Positions 48,106-57,134 of a DNA stretch of 64,000 nt are shown here, in pieces. A model generated the notes under the pieces. The model saw only the letters and a program-made list of their open reading frames with translations, was not told where the DNA came from and made no database searches. The stretch comes from Thermodesulfobacteriota bacterium (lineage in GTDB: Bacteria > Desulfobacterota > Desulfomonilia > Desulfomonilales > Desulfomonilaceae): the NCBI GenBank assembly GCA_040755955.1, contig JBFMAA010000009.1:1-64000 (forward strand). The letters run 5' to 3'. Each line of letters begins with the position of its first letter. Position 1 is the first letter of the stretch. The translations under genes and the position numbers were made by a program.

Positions 48106-48951
48106 CTACTTGCCGCCGCGGGAAAACCCTCCTGAGCCGCCGCGACTGCGCGCCGTTCCCGACTTCCCCGACGTTCCCCCGGTTCTCGGCGTCCGGGCTT
48201 GAGTAGTCGCGGCCTTGTGGTATCCGGGTTGGGACATCTTCGTGTTGTCGAACCGGTTCGGGTTGAGACCGGCTGCCTGGTGTCTGTTCATCATGCTCGC
48301 CAGCAGGTAGCCCATGAAAAACCCGCCCATGCCCATGCCGAAGCTATGATCACGATGGTACCCGTTCCTGTCGGACGCGACGAGCCGCTTCTGCTTGTCG
48401 TCAAACTGAACCTTGAAGAGCTCCTTTTCGTCAGACCCGTCCTTGGTGTTGTTCTTGTTCGGGTCTTCGAACCCTTGCACGGTGCCGTTCTGCAGCATGG
48501 CGACGCCAATGGGCTTGGAGTAGACAGCCGCTTGGTTCAGATTCTCCGCGAACTTCGTGACGAACTCCTTCTCCTTGATCTTGTTCTGGGCAGTGGGCGT
48601 CTTGGGTGTCTCCTGTTTTTCTGTCGCGGTGTCGGTCTTGGGCCCAGTCGAATCAGCGGCCTTCTTGGGTTCCAGTTCCTTGATCGTGTCCCGCGCGGTC
48701 GGAGCCTTGGGTGTCTCCTGTTTGTCGATCGCTGCGTCGGTCTTGGGCCCAGTCGAATCAGCGGCCTTCTTGGGCTCCAGTTCCTTGATCGTGTCGGCCA
48801 TGATCTTCAGCACCTTGTCCAGGTCGATGAGCTCCGCCCTGGCAGCCCCGGAACCGGAAATGGGCGAATCCGGAATCCTGTCGGCTCCGCACCCCACCAT
48901 CATGACTGCGACCGCACACATGATCGCTACAATCGTCACTGTATTGCGCAT
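48106..48951 (-). CDS. lipoprotein with two 35-aa tandem repeats and Gly-rich tail
   Basis: 281 aa; signal peptide plus lipobox MMVGCGA; 105-bp tandem duplication at 48604-48808 encoding TIKELEPKKAADSTGPKTD... twice. Confidence 0.65.
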   Translation of the reverse strand: MRNTVTIVAIMCAVAVMMVGCGADRIPDSPISGSGAARAELIDLDKVLKIMADTIKELEPKKAADSTGPKTDAAIDKQETPKAPTARDTIKELEPKKAADSTGPKTDTATEKQETPKTPTAQNKIKEKEFVTKFAENLNQAAVYSKPIGVAMLQNGTVQGFEDPNKNNTKDGSDEKELFKVQFDDKQKRLVASDRNGYHRDHSFGMGMGGFFMGYLLASMMNRHQAAGLNPNRFDNTKMSQPGYHKAATTQARTPRTGGTSGKSGTARSRGGSGGFSRGGK

Positions 48952-48999
48952 GTTGCTCCCTCTCGTGGGTGAATCGTGCGACCCGGCAGGCCGCAGAAG

Positions 49000-49800
49000 C
49001 TACAAGTCCAAACGATAATGGACTTCATCGAGGCCGTCCTCGAAGAAATCCACGAGGCGACCACATTCCACAAAGCGCGATTGCTTCATCGCTTCGGCCA
49101 CTCGGACGAGGCTCGAGGGAAAGCCGATGAATATGCAACGCGCATCGGCATCACGAGCCTCGCGGGTCATCCTTTCGAGGTCTTCGGCCGAGAACATCGA
49201 CTCATCCTCCGCATAATCCCAGTCGATGGCAAAAGCCCCTTCCGTCTCGTCTATCTCGAACACCTCCACCAGTTCGACTCCGCCGTCGTCCGGTTCGATC
49301 TTGGGGCGCAGGCCGTACAATGCTCCGAGTCTTCGCGCGTACGTCAGCCGGCTCTCTCCAGGAGCATAGTAATCCTTGTACGAAAGCTCAAGCCTGAACC
49401 CCAAGGCTTCATAGAGCTTATGCGCGTCCTCGTACAGGGGATCTTCGTCGGGCTCCGCGTAGTCACTCGTGTTCACGAAGAGTTTGCGCGCTCCTTGCTC
49501 AGTGAGGTCTGCCATGAGCTGATCCAGCATTGCGCGACCAAGGCCTCGTCCGCGGGCCTCCTGCGCAAGGTAGGTCCACGACAGCCAATAGCTGTTGTCG
49601 GACACCTCTATTGGTCGGCACCCGGTCACGCCTACGACTTTTCCGTGCTCGGTCAGGACGTACTGACCCTCGACTCCGGATTCTTCGTATGATTCCTCGG
49701 CTTCCTCGAAGTCGTCCTCGTCGTGTGCGCGGATAATGCCAAGCACCGCGTCCAGGTCCCGTCCCTTCATGGGTCTCAGTTCTATTCCGTCGGGCAGCAT
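49000..49800 (-). CDS. GNAT family N-acetyltransferase with acidic C-terminal extension
   Basis: 266 aa; acetyl-CoA binding QEARGRGLGRAM motif (R/QxxGxG/A). Confidence 0.75.
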   Translation of the reverse strand: MLPDGIELRPMKGRDLDAVLGIIRAHDEDDFEEAEESYEESGVEGQYVLTEHGKVVGVTGCRPIEVSDNSYWLSWTYLAQEARGRGLGRAMLDQLMADLTEQGARKLFVNTSDYAEPDEDPLYEDAHKLYEALGFRLELSYKDYYAPGESRLTYARRLGALYGLRPKIEPDDGGVELVEVFEIDETEGAFAIDWDYAEDESMFSAEDLERMTREARDADARCIFIGFPSSLVRVAEAMKQSRFVECGRLVDFFEDGLDEVHYRLDL

Positions 49801-49971
49801 GGGTGGACCTCCTTTCGTAGTCGGGTATCAATAGCAGGACACGCCGGCAAATGTAAAGAGGGACGCACTCGATAGCTGTCACGACGGGGGGAGGATGCTC
49901 CTCTCCATGATTACGGTCATGGCCGGGCGAGGCGATGGCGGCGCTCGGGTTCGACCTACCCCGTCCCCCTG

Positions 49972-50400
49972 TCACTCATGAGCGAGGTCGAGGTTGACGT
50001 ACTCCGCGGTCACCTGTATTGAGATACCGCCTCTGGGATTCATCCTTCCCACCACTCGCATCGATCTGGGTTGACATGCGGCCGTCAGATCCTCCAGAAT
50101 CCTGTTGGTGATCTCCTCATGGAACATGCCGGTATTCCTGAACGAGCCGAGGTAGAGCTTCAGGGATTTGGACTCGATGCAGAGCTTGTCCGGCACGTAG
50201 GTGATGGTAATTCGTGCGAAATCTGGCTGTCCGGTGATGGGGCACAGGCTGGTGAACTCAGGGCAGTCGAACTCGATGGTGTAGTCCCGGAACGCGTACC
50301 TGTTCGAAAACGCTTCGAGCTTCGCTTCTTCGGGACTGCGCGGGTACTTGACTGAAGCGGTTCCGAGCAGGGTGAGATCGGGAGTGCGTGTGTCGGTCAT
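49972..50400 (-). CDS. queF: NADPH-dependent 7-cyano-7-deazaguanine reductase QueF (unimodular type)
   Basis: 142 aa from ATG 50400; catalytic Cys in EFDCPEFTSLCP and QueF motif E(S/L)K(S/A)hK(L/Y)(Y/F/W) (ESKSLKLYL); the upstream 250-aa extension of the annotated ORF is discarded. Confidence 0.85.
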   Translation of the reverse strand: MTDTRTPDLTLLGTASVKYPRSPEEAKLEAFSNRYAFRDYTIEFDCPEFTSLCPITGQPDFARITITYVPDKLCIESKSLKLYLGSFRNTGMFHEEITNRILEDLTAACQPRSMRVVGRMNPRGGISIQVTAEYVNLDLAHE

Positions 50401-50631
50401 CTTTCTTCCTGAACGCGGCTGATGGAGCATGATACCAATGTGCGTCACGTCGAGCAAGCCCTCAGCCCGGCAGACAAGCAAACGGACCACCAGGCGACAA
50501 ACAGAGCCAGAAGCCTGTGCCCAGGAATGGGCCGCCTGAGCATTGTCTCTTGATTTGTTCGTGCCTTGGTGGCTTTGTGGTGTGTTCTCACGTCGGAAGA
50601 CGGATGCGCCCTGAACGGTTACGGTGCGGCT

Positions 50632-51438
50632 ATGGGAAAATCCCTTGCGGGAATAGCGCTCGGCGAATACATGCCGGTTGACTCGTTGGTGCACAGACTT
50701 GACCCGCGGACCAAGCTCGTGGGTCTTGCCGCGGCATTGATCGGAATATTTGTGTCTGGTGCGCCCTTGCAGGTGTTGTTGAACGCTGCGGGGGTGCTCA
50801 CGCTGGCGCTCTTGTGCCGGGTCGGCCGCCGAGTTTGGGCCTCGGGAGCGCGGCGGGTGATCTGGCTGGTGCTCATCGGTGCGGCAACAAACGCCTTCTT
50901 CCACACTGACGGGGCACCGGTCACCACATTCGGCAGGGAGTTGCCCTTCACTGTGGAAGGACTTCAGCGCGGGGGTTTGCTCTCCGCGCAAATTCTCCTT
51001 GCCATGATGGTCTGCATGGTGTTTGCGTTCACCACTACCCCGGTGCAACTGAGTGCGGCCATTCAGAAATGCGGCCGAGCCCTCCGGATTTCGCGGGGCC
51101 CACTGGAGGACTTCGCGCTGCTTCTCGTCTTGGCAATGCGCTTCGTGCCGATCCTGCAACACGAGTTGGAAACCCTTGTGGAAGCGCAGAAGGCTCGAGG
51201 TGTGGATTTCCGCGCTGGCGGCATCTTGTCGCGGGCCGGAAGCACGGCAGCCATACTTGGACCGGCACTAACAGGCGCGTTCAGACGGGGAGACATCCTT
51301 GCGACCGCTATGGTGGCCAAGGGTTATCGGCGGGGAGCTGTTCGCTCCGAGTATAATCCGCTTCGCTTCTCCCGTGAAGATGTGGCTGGGTTCGGGTGCC
51401 TCGCCGGTTTCGTTCTTGCGTTGATGCTCCTGGGCTAG
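50632..51438 (+). CDS. ecfT: energy-coupling factor transporter transmembrane component EcfT (CbiQ family)
   Basis: 269 aa from ATG 50632; EcfT N-terminus YMPVDSLVHRLDPRTKL and coupling-helix ARG motifs (AQKARG); no ecfA/S genes adjacent. Confidence 0.7.
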   Translation: MGKSLAGIALGEYMPVDSLVHRLDPRTKLVGLAAALIGIFVSGAPLQVLLNAAGVLTLALLCRVGRRVWASGARRVIWLVLIGAATNAFFHTDGAPVTTFGRELPFTVEGLQRGGLLSAQILLAMMVCMVFAFTTTPVQLSAAIQKCGRALRISRGPLEDFALLLVLAMRFVPILQHELETLVEAQKARGVDFRAGGILSRAGSTAAILGPALTGAFRRGDILATAMVAKGYRRGAVRSEYNPLRFSREDVAGFGCLAGFVLALMLLG

Positions 51439-51599
51439 GTGCCAAGGAACCCTTCAGCCCGCCGGCGAGAGCATGAACCATCACGGCACAGATACAACGA
51501 GAAACCCTGCTCCCAAGAATGGAAGCCGGAAGATTGCTCTTTGATTCATTTTGTGTCTCAGTGCCTTCCTGGTTCGTGGCTGTTCTTCCCCGCCGGCAG

Positions 51600-51765
51600 C
51601 CTGTGGTGTGTAATGCGCCGCACTAACCGTCCCCGCCATCGGAGCACGTGCGAGCCGAGGAAGGTACACCGCGATCATTGGCTGCGGCTCTCAGCCGCCA
51701 GGTTGGGGCTCTCAGCCGCCTGGTTGCGGCTCCCAGTCGCTCCGAGAGCGGACAGGGCAGGTCGG
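51600..51765 (+). repeat. dispersed repeat family A copy with internal duplication of the GGCTGCGGCTC-CAGCCGCC module
   Basis: cgccatcggagcacgtgcgagccgaggaaggtacaccgcgatcattggctgcggctctcagccgcc x3. Confidence 0.75.
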
Positions 51766-52242
51766 CTATTCTGCTCCGCGTGGTTCCTTGGTCTTGGCAG
51801 GGGCTTTCACGACCATCTTCTGCGCGTCTCTAATGAGCACGGTGTTCCCTTTCACGCTCACCGCGACCCCGTCTCGCACTATGGTATTGTCCCTCGACAG
51901 GTTGATATTGTACTGGGTATTGATCCTGCTTATAATGCGTGATTCCTTCACGACCTCGCGCATGAACAGGACGATCTCTCGCAGGACGCCGGACTCATCA
52001 AAGAGGAAATCCGCGTGCCTGAACAACTTGTCGTTCTTGATCATGGCAGACACGCCGTTTTGTCCTTTGAGACGGATGATGTCCGCTTTGTTCGTCTCGA
52101 GCAGCTTGACGACCGTGGCAGAATCCATGCCCAGTTCGATGCCCTGGTAACCTTTGATTATTTTGGCCGACGCCGGCGCTGACGCACACATGACCGCGGC
52201 AGCGACAAACACCACACACGCCAGAAGTCTTCGCGTTCTCAA
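51766..52242 (-). CDS. exported hypothetical protein
   Basis: 158 aa; signal peptide MRTRRLLACVVFVAAAVMCASAPASA. Confidence 0.5.
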   Translation of the reverse strand: MRTRRLLACVVFVAAAVMCASAPASAKIIKGYQGIELGMDSATVVKLLETNKADIIRLKGQNGVSAMIKNDKLFRHADFLFDESGVLREIVLFMREVVKESRIISRINTQYNINLSRDNTIVRDGVAVSVKGNTVLIRDAQKMVVKAPAKTKEPRGAE

Positions 52243-52275
52243 TTGGGGCTCCCTTGTCCGTTGGATAGTGGTATT

Positions 52276-52845
52276 TTAATCAGAAATCACCGACTTGTCA
52301 ACACGCGCCCCGGACGGAAAAGGAATGGGCGCTTGTTGCGGACGGGTCTTCCCACGAGAGAGGAGCCGACGCAATAATCTCACCCGGCAAGACCATGGGA
52401 TGACACGCGGTTTCAGGCCAAGGGATGCCTCTGCGAGGGCAAGAGAATCTTCCAGGAGCGCGTCGTGCAGCGGCCTGATCGCCAAAAGCCACGAGAGCAC
52501 CGCGATCCCGTGCGCGGTCATCTCGATGGTGTGGCGCAGTACGGCCCTTTCGGACGACACAGCGATGACACGAAACTCGTGGAAGCCGTCATACCCTTTC
52601 GGCGCGCGGAACCGGAATCGCACGGAAATCCCCGGCACATAGTCTTCGACCTCGTACCCGACAGGCCCATGCCCTCCCACCGCGCCCACAGAGAGCGGGC
52701 GATCGAACCGCATGGGCGGCCACAGCTCCTTGGGCCAAAGCGCGTCCTCGGGAGACGAGAGCGTGTCGATCAGCTTTCCGACCTGATCGGCAGGGAACGG
52801 CAATTCTCTTTCGTGAATGTTCAGCACGTGCATGAGGAACTCCAT
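52276..52845 (-). CDS. SRPBCC (START/Bet v1-like) family protein
   Basis: 189 aa from ATG 52845; size and beta-rich pattern consistent with polyketide cyclase/AHSA1-like fold; low-confidence family call. Confidence 0.4.
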   Translation of the reverse strand: MEFLMHVLNIHERELPFPADQVGKLIDTLSSPEDALWPKELWPPMRFDRPLSVGAVGGHGPVGYEVEDYVPGISVRFRFRAPKGYDGFHEFRVIAVSSERAVLRHTIEMTAHGIAVLSWLLAIRPLHDALLEDSLALAEASLGLKPRVIPWSCRVRLLRRLLSRGKTRPQQAPIPFPSGARVDKSVISD

Positions 52846-52937
52846 ACGCCGGCCTGTCCAGCTCCCTGGTCTCAACCCAGGCCCTCCCCCCGTCACCGTC
52901 TCGGCGAAGACCTCAAAGAGGAAGTGAGTTGAACGGC

Positions 52938-53237
52938 CTATTCGATATCAGGCGTGCCTCGGGCCGAGTGCCATATTCGTACTATCTCGATCATCCGGTT
53001 TTCTCGATCAACTCTGTAGACGATCCTGCAGGGTTTCCGAATGATCTCTCGGATAGAGGGATCGCCGAACTCCGGGACTACTCGACCGGACTCCGGATAG
53101 TCCACCAATCGTTCGATGACCTGAAACACGCTCTTCACGAAGCGTCTTGCAGCCAAGCGGTTGTCTTCAGCCACAAAACCTGCAAAGTCCTTGAGATCGA
53201 GCCGAGCCAACCGCGACCAGGTCAGCTCGAAAGCCAT
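52938..53237 (-). CDS. type II toxin, RelE/ParE family
   Basis: 99 aa; LTWSRLARLDLKDF...RIVYRVDRENRMIEIVRIWH matches ParE/RelE fold pattern. Confidence 0.75.
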   Translation of the reverse strand: MAFELTWSRLARLDLKDFAGFVAEDNRLAARRFVKSVFQVIERLVDYPESGRVVPEFGDPSIREIIRKPCRIVYRVDRENRMIEIVRIWHSARGTPDIE

Positions 53238-53407
53238 GTGCTGAACTCCTCACGCACCCTTTCGTGAGCGAGCCCCTTTCCTTCATCGAGGTCCCGGAGG
53301 CCTCTGCGGACACCGGCCACGAAGTGAATACGTTCCAGGATGTCTTCCCACGAAGCGTCTTCCGGGAGGTCCTGGATGGTCCTAAGAGCTGCTTCCTTGC
53401 TTGTCAT
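53222..53407 (-). CDS. antitoxin partner of ParE/RelE toxin
   Basis: 61 aa from ATG 53407; overlaps toxin start by 16 nt; ribbon-helix-helix-like N-terminus. Confidence 0.55.
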   Translation of the reverse strand: MTSKEAALRTIQDLPEDASWEDILERIHFVAGVRRGLRDLDEGKGLAHERVREEFSTWLSS

Positions 53408-53463
53408 GTCTGAACCTCTCTTGTGCCGGCACGCCCATGCCCAGGCAGAAGTGCGGTAGGAGC

Positions 53464-53796
53464 TCACTCCGGCGACTCCGCGGTGTCGACGATGTCGAGA
53501 AGCCCTCTCTTCAGTGCAAGGGCGTCTGCCCCGAGTTGGTCGTCATCCTCCGTGGCGATGCAGTCCCAGCAATCTCCGAAGTCGGACTCGAACGTCTCCA
53601 GCGCCTCTTGGTAGTCTTCTGCGTACCCGGATATGCCGAGAGCGTCGCAGCGGACCTTCCAGAGCCCGTCATCAAACCAAACTTCGACGTCGACAGGTTT
53701 GCGGAGGAGGAACACGCGATGCTCGTGACGGATTCTTTCCCATCGCTGAAATCTCTTCGCATCCCCGGACCGAAAAGTCTCTGTAGCAGTGCTCAC
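53464..53796 (-). CDS. hypothetical acidic protein, HicB-like fold possible
   Basis: 110 aa; ends 3 nt before antitoxin ORF; VEVWFDDGLWKVRCDALGISGYAEDYQEALE resembles HicB/UPF0150 N-domain. Confidence 0.35.
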   Translation of the reverse strand: MSTATETFRSGDAKRFQRWERIRHEHRVFLLRKPVDVEVWFDDGLWKVRCDALGISGYAEDYQEALETFESDFGDCWDCIATEDDDQLGADALALKRGLLDIVDTAESPE

Positions 53797-54213
53797 GACT
53801 GCCTCCTTCGCGGGACGGCCATCTTCTTCGAGAGTATCTCAGTCAGCGCTTGTGTCCACCTGGAGTCAAGGTGCGTATGCACCCAGAGTCTCGGAGTCCT
53901 GGTCAATCAACTCAATCACTGAAACGCCTTCTCGGTGAAAGCCGGTTATCTTCGATGAGCCGTTTTACCTGAGGCCACACCTCTTCATCATACCCGGAGT
54001 CGTCGGCAAACCATTCCTGAAGAAGGCGTCGGGTCGTCGGGCAGCTTCGTTCTTGCTGAGCCGGACATCGTCCGGAGTGTTGGTGGGAGCTGCTCGTGTC
54101 CGCGAAGGAACAGCGGAACCGCCGGCTCCCGAGGGTGCTCGAGAACCAAATTGTGTTTCCACTTCGATGCTCATGGCATTTCCCGTGACAGGTACGGAAA
54201 CCCGGCTTTCGGA

Positions 54214-54969
54214 TCATTCTGGTGATGGGCCCACCTCTTGGGCCTTGTTCCGAGCTGGATTTTCCCTTGCTGACGAAGGACCCGGCAATATCAAGAAATC
54301 ACCTGCTGATGCCTTTCTTGAACCCTCCTCCCAGACATCGGCCCATTTCCCTCCTCTCACATCTTTAGGACACACTTTCCCCTCTCTGATCAACTCCCGG
54401 AGTCGCAAGCCATCCCTGATCAACGAGACCAGGGTCTCACCATCGCCCACCGTTAGTACATCGGATGCGAACGCCGGGGCTTGCGTAAAATGACTCCTAA
54501 TGGTGCTCAGGTATTCCTGGAGTGCGGTTATTGCACCTTCCAACTCTTTGGCCATGATGGGACCTGGGCCTGGGCGCTCGTTCAGGGCAATCTCCCGGTT
54601 GAGGTGCGCGAGCCGGTTGTTGCGGTGCTCCTCAATCTGCTGCCGCTTCTTGAGGATACATTTCCACGTGCCTCGAAGCTTCCGTCCAAGTTCTTCCTGC
54701 CCATTCTTCCCTATTTGGCCGTGGAGTTTCTTGAGTGAGAGTACGTCTTTGTCGTCGTCCGTGAGTCTACACAATGACATGAGAATCTCGGTCTCGAGCG
54801 CGTTCCGGATGCATGAAAAGGCGGCATCACAGCATTCATGCAGCATCTGGAATCGTGACTTGGAGTGGTTGAAAAGCTGATGGTAGGTCTTCCAGTGGAT
54901 CTGCAACCACCAAACCTCCTTCTCCAGTCTTCTGAATATGTCGTCCACGTCTTGGGGAATGTTACCCAT
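54214..54969 (-). CDS. HEPN domain protein (Rx4-6H motif)
   Basis: 251 aa from ATG 54969; HRNNRLAH conforms to HEPN RNase Rx4-6H; all-helical; immediately downstream of methyltransferase on same strand. Confidence 0.5.
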   Translation of the reverse strand: MGNIPQDVDDIFRRLEKEVWWLQIHWKTYHQLFNHSKSRFQMLHECCDAAFSCIRNALETEILMSLCRLTDDDKDVLSLKKLHGQIGKNGQEELGRKLRGTWKCILKKRQQIEEHRNNRLAHLNREIALNERPGPGPIMAKELEGAITALQEYLSTIRSHFTQAPAFASDVLTVGDGETLVSLIRDGLRLRELIREGKVCPKDVRGGKWADVWEEGSRKASAGDFLILPGPSSARENPARNKAQEVGPSPE

Positions 54970-55013
54970 AATTGACTCCTTGTTCCGGGCTACAGCCCTA
55001 ATATCGAGCCACA

Positions 55014-56255
55014 TTAGATCACAATATCTACTAATTTTTCGGCAGTACGTGCACTCTCCAAGTTCTTCCGCCTCGAGATAATCTCTTTCATGATAAGAGA
55101 CGGAGCGTCAACCAGCGTAATTTCCGGAAACATCTGAGACTCGGCAAAGAGCAGACCTTCTTTGTTCGTAATTACTAAGAACAGAATGGCCGCGGACTTG
55201 CCCTTGGCAGCCTTGAACAACAGATTCGCTGCATCGAGTAAACTTTCATGCGGCCGCTGTATTCTCACAAGGATCGGGTGTCCGTTCACGTCATCCCGCA
55301 GGATCGCGTCGATTCCACGGTTTCTCTGGACAGGAACAAATGATATGCCGTCCAGCAGTCTCAAGATTTCCTGATCAGCATTAATATAGGACTCCCTGCC
55401 TTTTTCCAACAGATTGGATTCGGATTTCTCTGGGTTATGCAGTCTGTCCTTCGTGATTTCAACAGCTTCATGAGAAATGTCTATACCTACAGCGCACCGT
55501 CTCAACATATTCGCAGTCACCACAGTTGTGCCACTACCGCAAAACGGGTCAAGCACCAAGTCCCCTTCTCTACTTGCGAGCCTTATGATACGCTCCAGCA
55601 GCAGAATGGGCTTCTGGGTCGGGTACCCGACGCGCTCTTTCGCTTTGGGATTAAGATAGGGAATATCCCATACATCGCAAAGAGGAACCCCCTTCTTTCC
55701 CCCGTTTGGGACTATCTCTCCGGAATCACTCCTTTCATATGCCGACTTTCCGTACTCGTCTCGCTTTCTACGTTGAAGGATTTGATCCACGTTGGTCGAT
55801 GGAGAGTAATCCTCGTAAATTGAGTTGAAGGTATAGCTGTCCGATTTTGTGTAATAGTATACCGTTTGGTGCGCGGGGAGAAGTGACGCCGCAGCATTTG
55901 ACCATCGCCGATAGTGCCAAATGATCTCGCTCCGGAACATGGCCTCCCCGAATATCTCGTCCAGTAGAAGTCTTGCTATGTGTGAGGAGTTTCGATCACA
56001 ATGAAAGAATATTGAGCCGGCTCCCGACAAGACCCTGTACATCTCCAGCAAGCGTACCCTCAGAAAGGCTATGTATTCCTCGTGGGACGCCCAGATATCC
56101 TTGAACGAGAACTCCTTTAGCCTGTCTCTCGTCCTAAGGGAATGCACCTTTTGTGTGAAGAAAGGGGGATCAAGATAGATCAAGTTCGCACTGTCGTTTG
56201 GGAGTGTCTTCAGAATCTCCAGGCAATCACCCTCATATACTTCTGCCCTCATCAT
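55014..56255 (-). CDS. site-specific DNA methyltransferase, beta-class (N6-adenine or N4-cytosine)
   Basis: 413 aa; motif IV DPPF precedes motif I FCGSGTT (beta permutation); C-terminal about 130-aa extension; low-GC gene. Confidence 0.85.
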   Translation of the reverse strand: MMRAEVYEGDCLEILKTLPNDSANLIYLDPPFFTQKVHSLRTRDRLKEFSFKDIWASHEEYIAFLRVRLLEMYRVLSGAGSIFFHCDRNSSHIARLLLDEIFGEAMFRSEIIWHYRRWSNAAASLLPAHQTVYYYTKSDSYTFNSIYEDYSPSTNVDQILQRRKRDEYGKSAYERSDSGEIVPNGGKKGVPLCDVWDIPYLNPKAKERVGYPTQKPILLLERIIRLASREGDLVLDPFCGSGTTVVTANMLRRCAVGIDISHEAVEITKDRLHNPEKSESNLLEKGRESYINADQEILRLLDGISFVPVQRNRGIDAILRDDVNGHPILVRIQRPHESLLDAANLLFKAAKGKSAAILFLVITNKEGLLFAESQMFPEITLVDAPSLIMKEIISRRKNLESARTAEKLVDIVI

Positions 56256-56941
56256 TGCCTTGCCTTCTCCGCTGCGAGTCGTTCCAGGATCGCTCTCAGG
56301 TCTATATCAGTGGTTGTCTGAAGGTATGTCCAAGCTGCGTCTCCAAAATAATAATGACCACCAATCCCCGTGTAGAGCGTCTCAAGGGTCTGCTGGATAC
56401 GGATTGCCTGAGCGAGATTCGGGTAATAGAACATAGCCCTTATTGGGGTAAAGCCAGCCCCCGCTATCACCTTGATCCTGGTGTGTTCCTTCGTAATGTG
56501 GTCGCCATCCGTTGTGGCGTCTCTCCATTTGATCTCAATGGCATCAGTCCCTACCAGACAATCAATTTCAAAGGTTTTCGGCCTCTTGCCTTCAGTATTT
56601 GGTATTCTGACGGCAACTGCTTCAGGAAACCTTTCCTGCAGACACCACTTGCAAACCGTTTCGAGAAACGACCCAGCGTACTTGTACAGAAACCGGCCCT
56701 TGTTCTGGTAGATATCAATGAGACTCCCCTCTTCGTCTGAAACACCCAATACTCGATAGATCAGGTAATGGGAAAGATTGTCGTTGTCCATTTCTGCCAC
56801 GCGGTCGTCAATTTGGCTCCGAAGTCTTCTTGCCAGATCTGCCGCAAACGACCTTATCCTGTCTTCTATGGGACGTTGCGGCATCAATTTCTCGTTCTTC
56901 CTGGTCACGATTCCCCTCGTCCAGTGTGCCACGACTTCCAA
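56252..56941 (-). CDS. type II restriction endonuclease, PD-(D/E)xK fold
   Basis: 229 aa; FEIDCLVGTDAIEIKWR provides D...E-x-K catalytic triad; stop overlaps MTase start (ATGA). Confidence 0.65.
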   Translation of the reverse strand: MEVVAHWTRGIVTRKNEKLMPQRPIEDRIRSFAADLARRLRSQIDDRVAEMDNDNLSHYLIYRVLGVSDEEGSLIDIYQNKGRFLYKYAGSFLETVCKWCLQERFPEAVAVRIPNTEGKRPKTFEIDCLVGTDAIEIKWRDATTDGDHITKEHTRIKVIAGAGFTPIRAMFYYPNLAQAIRIQQTLETLYTGIGGHYYFGDAAWTYLQTTTDIDLRAILERLAAEKARQ

Positions 56942-57134
56942 AGGCTTGGGGGCTGCCTATTAGTCAACGTCTTACCATCAATCCCCTGACAGCGCAAAAT
57001 GATCTCTCAGCACGCCGCCCACTTCGCAAAACACCTGGAATTGTTTTCGCCAGAACCTCTGTCCACACAGAAAACCCTTTGCTGCCCCCGACAGCCTGCT
57101 ACACGATCATGCCTCCAACAAGACCGCACCGTCC

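Noticed and set aside
49972-51162. 396-aa annotated ORF extending queF upstream
   Set aside because: Only the last 142 codons match QueF; the upstream 250 codons are His/Arg/Gln-rich low complexity and overlap the ecfT promoter region; an internal ATG at 50400 gives canonical QueF
53912-54217. 101-aa minus-strand ORF between the HicB-like gene and HEPN gene
   Set aside because: His/Cys/Ser/Arg-rich N-terminus looks non-protein-like; only the last 30 residues look like a helical peptide and there is no internal start; insufficient support
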